Assembly: GCA_902635945.1 (NCBI GenBank)
Contig: CACPPU010000001.1
Location: 299,453-363,452 of the forward strand
Source of the DNA: an uncultured Candidatus Actinomarina sp.
Lineage (GTDB): Bacteria; Actinomycetota; Acidimicrobiia; Actinomarinales; Actinomarinaceae
Direction of reading: 5' to 3'
Length of the DNA stretch: 64,000 bases
A program made the position numbers and the translations under genes. Below are positions 60,699 through 64,000 of this stretch, one piece after another. The notes under the pieces were generated by a model. The model saw only the letters and a list, made by a program, of their open reading frames with translations. It was not told the origin of the DNA and searched no databases. The first letter of the stretch is position 1. Each line of letters begins with the position of its first letter.

Positions 60699-62030
60699 TT
60701 ATACTAATTCAAAAGACTTGATTATATTCTCTAAACCCTCTTTTGCATCTGCAAAAAGCATTTTTGCATTGTCATTAATAAATAGTGGGTTTGCAATTCC
60801 TGCATAACCAGGTGACATAGATCTTTTTATCACAATAACTTGTTTTGCTAGGTCAACATCTAATATTGGCATTCCATAAATTGGTGAATCTTCATCAGTT
60901 CTCGCTAATGGATTAACAACATCATTTGCTCCAAGCACTATTACAACATCTGTTGAGGAAAACTCAGAATTGATATCCTCTAAAGTGAACATATCTTCAT
61001 AATCAATATCTACTTCTGCTAAAAGAACATTCATATGTCCAGGCATTCTTCCAGCAACTGGATGTATAGCAAACTTCACTTCAATATTTTTATCTTTTAA
61101 GGTGTTTGTTAATTCTTTAACAGCTGCCTGTGCTTGAGCTACTGCCATTCCATATCCCGGAACAATAACTACAGATTCTGCGTAGCTTAATTGAATTGCA
61201 ACATCTTCAGGTGAGGTACTAATTGGATCTTTTTCATATTCATTGTTAATATTCGTAGTTCCAAAACCACCTTTAAGAACGTCTCTAAGCGTACGATTCA
61301 TTGCAGCACACATAAGGAGTGTAAGAATTATTCCTGATGCGCCCACTAAGGCGCCAGCTACAATCAAAATAATACTATTTACAATAAAACCTGCCGACAT
61401 TGCAGCAATTCCAGATAGCGAATTTAAGAATGCTATAACAACTGGCATGTCTGCTCCACCAATGACGGCAACTCTTATAACTCCAGCAATTAATGCAACT
61501 AATATTATAAATTCCATTAAAAGGTCATCCATTTCTAAAACAGCTGGAATAACAATTATCGTAGGTAGAAACACTGAAAATATATCTGCTAATTTTTTAT
61601 TGAAGTTATTTAGTTTGCCACGTAGTTTCATTACAGCCACAAGGCTTCCCGAGAATGTAAATATTCCAATAACCATTGAAAAGATTGCTACGAAAACATC
61701 AGAAAGTGGTAAAGAATTACCGGAGAGCTCAACATATGCAATTGCACCGGAAGCTCCTCCACCAAAGCCATTAAACAAACCAACTAGTTCTGGCATTTGT
61801 GTCATCTGAACTCGTTTTGATATTAAAACTCCAAGAAGTCCTGAAACAACAATTGTGATATAAAAAGCAGAATCATATTTTGAAAAATCAAAATTAAATG
61901 CGCTAAAAACAGCTAATGCCATGGCCAACATAGCAAAAGTATTTGCTCTATGTGCCGTTGACGGTCTTCCAAAGAGTTTCAAAGCAAAGATAAATAAAAC
62001 AGATGAGACAAGTAGTATTATTTCAATCAT
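60699..62030 (-). CDS. pntB: NAD(P) transhydrogenase subunit beta
   Basis: TM domain plus the NADP(H)-binding domain with GYGMAVAQAQ. Confidence 0.9.
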   Translation of the reverse strand: MIEIILLVSSVLFIFALKLFGRPSTAHRANTFAMLAMALAVFSAFNFDFSKYDSAFYITIVVSGLLGVLISKRVQMTQMPELVGLFNGFGGGASGAIAYVELSGNSLPLSDVFVAIFSMVIGIFTFSGSLVAVMKLRGKLNNFNKKLADIFSVFLPTIIVIPAVLEMDDLLMEFIILVALIAGVIRVAVIGGADMPVVIAFLNSLSGIAAMSAGFIVNSIILIVAGALVGASGIILTLLMCAAMNRTLRDVLKGGFGTTNINNEYEKDPISTSPEDVAIQLSYAESVVIVPGYGMAVAQAQAAVKELTNTLKDKNIEVKFAIHPVAGRMPGHMNVLLAEVDIDYEDMFTLEDINSEFSSTDVVIVLGANDVVNPLARTDEDSPIYGMPILDVDLAKQVIVIKRSMSPGYAGIANPLFINDNAKMLFADAKEGLENIIKSFELV

Positions 62031-62310
62031 TTTTCTTAAACATTTCTAATATTCGACCAGTCACTGAAAACCCTCCAGCAATATTGAGAGTTGCAAAAGC
62101 TATTGCAATTAAAACAATAATTTTAAGCAATTGAGAATCTCCTACTTCTGGGTAGATAAGAATTGCTGCAATCAATGTGATTCCAGAAATAGCGTTGGAA
62201 CCAGACATCAACGGAGTGTGTAATGTCTGTGGAATTTTAGATATTAGTTCATATCCAATAAAGCTTGCTAAAAACGTTATCAACAATGTAAGTAAGAACG
62301 TTGCTTCCAT
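62023..62310 (-). CDS. pntA: NAD(P) transhydrogenase subunit alpha, part 2 (membrane)
   Basis: 95-aa three-TM protein between pntA-1 and pntB, in the split-alpha arrangement. Confidence 0.8.
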   Translation of the reverse strand: MEATFLLTLLITFLASFIGYELISKIPQTLHTPLMSGSNAISGITLIAAILIYPEVGDSQLLKIIVLIAIAFATLNIAGGFSVTGRILEMFKKND

Positions 62311-63323
62311 TATGAACTCATCTCCACAAAAATCTCATCGTCACTATTTTCTATATACAGCTCAATTAAATTTCTTATATTCTCTGAATACAGCTTTGTA
62401 GCTGCATGTTTAACAGTGTTTAAGATATCTGTTTCACCAACTATCTTTACACCATTAATCTCAACAACTTTGTCCACCTCTGTGCCTTCACAGTTTCCAC
62501 CAGTACCAGCAGCTAGGTCAATAATTACAGAATTCTCTTTCATGTTTTCAACAGTTGACTTTTCAATCAAGACAGGTGCTTTCTTTCCTGGTATTTGAGC
62601 AAATGTCAAAACAATATCACTATCAATTACTTGTTTCTTTAATGCTTCTTGAATTTTCTGGTTCTCTTCTTCTGAGACTTCTTGTGCGTATACGCTATCT
62701 TGAGCTTCAGTACTTGCTTCAACAAATTTAGCACCTAAAGACTCCACTTGGTCCTTGGCCTCTTTTCTAATATCAAAAGCCCACACTCTAGCCCCAAGTC
62801 TTTTTGCAGTGGCAATTGCTTGAAGGCCTGCAACTCCTACTCCAAGAATTAATACTTTTGACGGCTGTATATTTCCTGCTGCAGTTGTCATCATTGGTAC
62901 AACGTCTGATGTCTCTTTTGCTGCTCGTAAGACTGAGGCGTATCCAAGCAAGTTTGCTTGAGAAGAAAGTGCGTCTAGGTTTTGAGCTCTTGAGATTCTA
63001 GGAAGTTTAAAAAAACTCAATACTTTCAGATCAGGTCTTAAACTTTTTATCTCTTCGATCTTTTCAAAATCAAATATACCAATTAGAACTGCTCCTTCTT
63101 TAAGTTCCTTTATTGTTTTATCCTGGATATTTTCTACACAGGCAACAATGTCTAAATCGCTTAAGTTAGATATAGTTTTTACATTGTCTAGGGATGAATC
63201 TGCATAATTTAGAAAATCAAATATATTTTTCTCCAAATGAACATCGAATGAATATTTCTCAATTGATTCAGGGTGTATTGGGGCCCTATATCCATCAACA
63301 TCTGTTAAAAATCCTATTTTCAT
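62310..63323 (-). CDS. pntA: NAD(P) transhydrogenase subunit alpha, part 1 (NAD(H)-binding)
   Basis: AlaDH/PNT fold with VLILGVGVAGLQAIATAKRLGA. Confidence 0.9.
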   Translation of the reverse strand: MKIGFLTDVDGYRAPIHPESIEKYSFDVHLEKNIFDFLNYADSSLDNVKTISNLSDLDIVACVENIQDKTIKELKEGAVLIGIFDFEKIEEIKSLRPDLKVLSFFKLPRISRAQNLDALSSQANLLGYASVLRAAKETSDVVPMMTTAAGNIQPSKVLILGVGVAGLQAIATAKRLGARVWAFDIRKEAKDQVESLGAKFVEASTEAQDSVYAQEVSEEENQKIQEALKKQVIDSDIVLTFAQIPGKKAPVLIEKSTVENMKENSVIIDLAAGTGGNCEGTEVDKVVEINGVKIVGETDILNTVKHAATKLYSENIRNLIELYIENSDDEIFVEMSS

Positions 63324-63378
63324 ACTTTCCTAGTTTAAATATGCTGGCAACTTACTAAGAATTAAATAAAATACATAC

Positions 63379-64000
63379 ATGAATATTGCTGTCTTTAGTG
63401 ATAAGTTTTCTGGTACATTAAGCGCCATAGAAGTGCTTAATATTGTTCAAGGTAAGTTTTTGGATTCAAATATTAATGCAGACTTTTTCAGCGTTACCGA
63501 TGGTGGGCAAGAAAGTACAGAAATTTTTAAAAGTCACAATTTTCAAACTCATGAAAGTTTTGAAGCTTTGAATTGTGATAATTCTCTCTCAGTAGTTGAA
63601 TCATTAAACATAAATGGGAGTGTTTTTTTTGAATCAGCTCAATTAATTGGTGTTGATTCAGAAAATGAATCCATGTCGATAAATACAGGATGTTTGCTTG
63701 AGGCAGTTCAAAAAACAGAAGTTCTTGGAACAGGTGGCTCAAAAACTATTGATTTTGGAATAGGACTCTTAAGTAATTTGGGTATGGAATTCCTCTCTAA
63801 TGGTGAAACTATAGTAAATCCTGTTCCCAAAGACTTTTCTTATATAGATCAAATTAAAGCAACAAATTTTAAATCTAATTTAGAAAATAGAATTTTAAGT
63901 GATACCAATATTTCTTTGCTTGGTGAGAATTCAGCTTTTGATGTTTTTGGACCTCAAAAAGGTTTATCTGAGAAAGATATTGAGAAACACAAATTAGAGG
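63379..64000 (+). CDS. glycerate kinase (GlxK/GarK family), N-terminal part; 3' end beyond the window
   Basis: An ORF from the ATG at 63379 stays open to the window edge and is not in the ORF track. It translates to MNIAVFSDKFSGTLSA..., matching the glycerate-kinase DxFKGSLSA N-terminus. Confidence 0.55.
   Translation, partial: MNIAVFSDKFSGTLSAIEVLNIVQGKFLDSNINADFFSVTDGGQESTEIFKSHNFQTHESFEALNCDNSLSVVESLNINGSVFFESAQLIGVDSENESMSINTGCLLEAVQKTEVLGTGGSKTIDFGIGLLSNLGMEFLSNGETIVNPVPKDFSYIDQIKATNFKSNLENRILSDTNISLLGENSAFDVFGPQKGLSEKDIEKHKLE

Overview
The window is AT-rich and about 95% coding, with short or overlapping gene junctions and no transposase, integrase or CRISPR array. Gene content and synteny point to a genome-streamlined marine actinobacterium (Candidatus Actinomarina-like; lineage call is inference). 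The evidence is the mycobacterial-type mfd-mazG-eno-ftsB-DUF501-ppx block, an InhA-type enoyl-ACP reductase, an actinobacterial two-subunit acyl-CoA carboxylase with fused biotin-carboxylase/BCCP alpha chain, and fabD-fabH-fabG-acpP-fabF.

Main content, in order:
- pyrimidine genes: carB 3' end, pyrF, a compact pyrD-like gene, a mini phosphoribosyltransferase
- rpiB and an aspartase/fumarase-family lyase
- a sufB-sufD-Rieske-sufC Fe-S assembly block
- a beta-class SPPY DNA methyltransferase with no recognisable restriction partner
- an ABC exporter pair
- a menA-like prenyltransferase fused to an FMN-binding split-barrel domain, plus menG
- a TlpA/DsbB thiol-disulfide pair
- a short DTE-motif proton-pumping rhodopsin next to a class II CPD photolyase
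- a sugar ABC uptake operon (two binding proteins, two permeases, a lipoprotein, a ROK kinase) whose MsiK/MalK-type ATPase gene is broken by a single-base frameshift in an A7 tract
- tRNA-Leu(TAA) and tRNA-Arg(CCT)
- pth, rplY, an ABC-2 exporter, and a Zn-ADH/Gfo-Idh-MocA fusion oxidoreductase
- birA, acyl-CoA carboxylase with an embedded bioY, acpS and the FAS-II genes
- a large secreted tandem trypsin-like protease
- pyruvate phosphate dikinase transcribed divergently from an archaeal-type (type II) GAPDH homologue
- an 809-aa surface protein with a poly-Thr tract encoded by an (ACT)n microsatellite and a 297-bp tandem duplication
- tetR, pntAB, and the start of a glycerate kinase

Non-coding signals:
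- a perfect intrinsic terminator after the rhodopsin gene
- a perfect hairpin between the first binding-protein gene and the first permease gene of the sugar operon
- a GC-rich inverted repeat between ppdK and the GAPDH-like gene
- two CRP/GlxR-type TGTGA-N6-TCACA palindromes, one sitting 32 bp upstream of the rhodopsin start codon

I see no complete, recognisable defence island. The most novel-looking items are the candidate CRP-type control of the rhodopsin, the SPPY methyltransferase with its unknown 144-aa neighbour, the split-barrel::MenA fusion, the tandem pseudo-protease/protease secreted protein, and the repeat-bearing surface protein.
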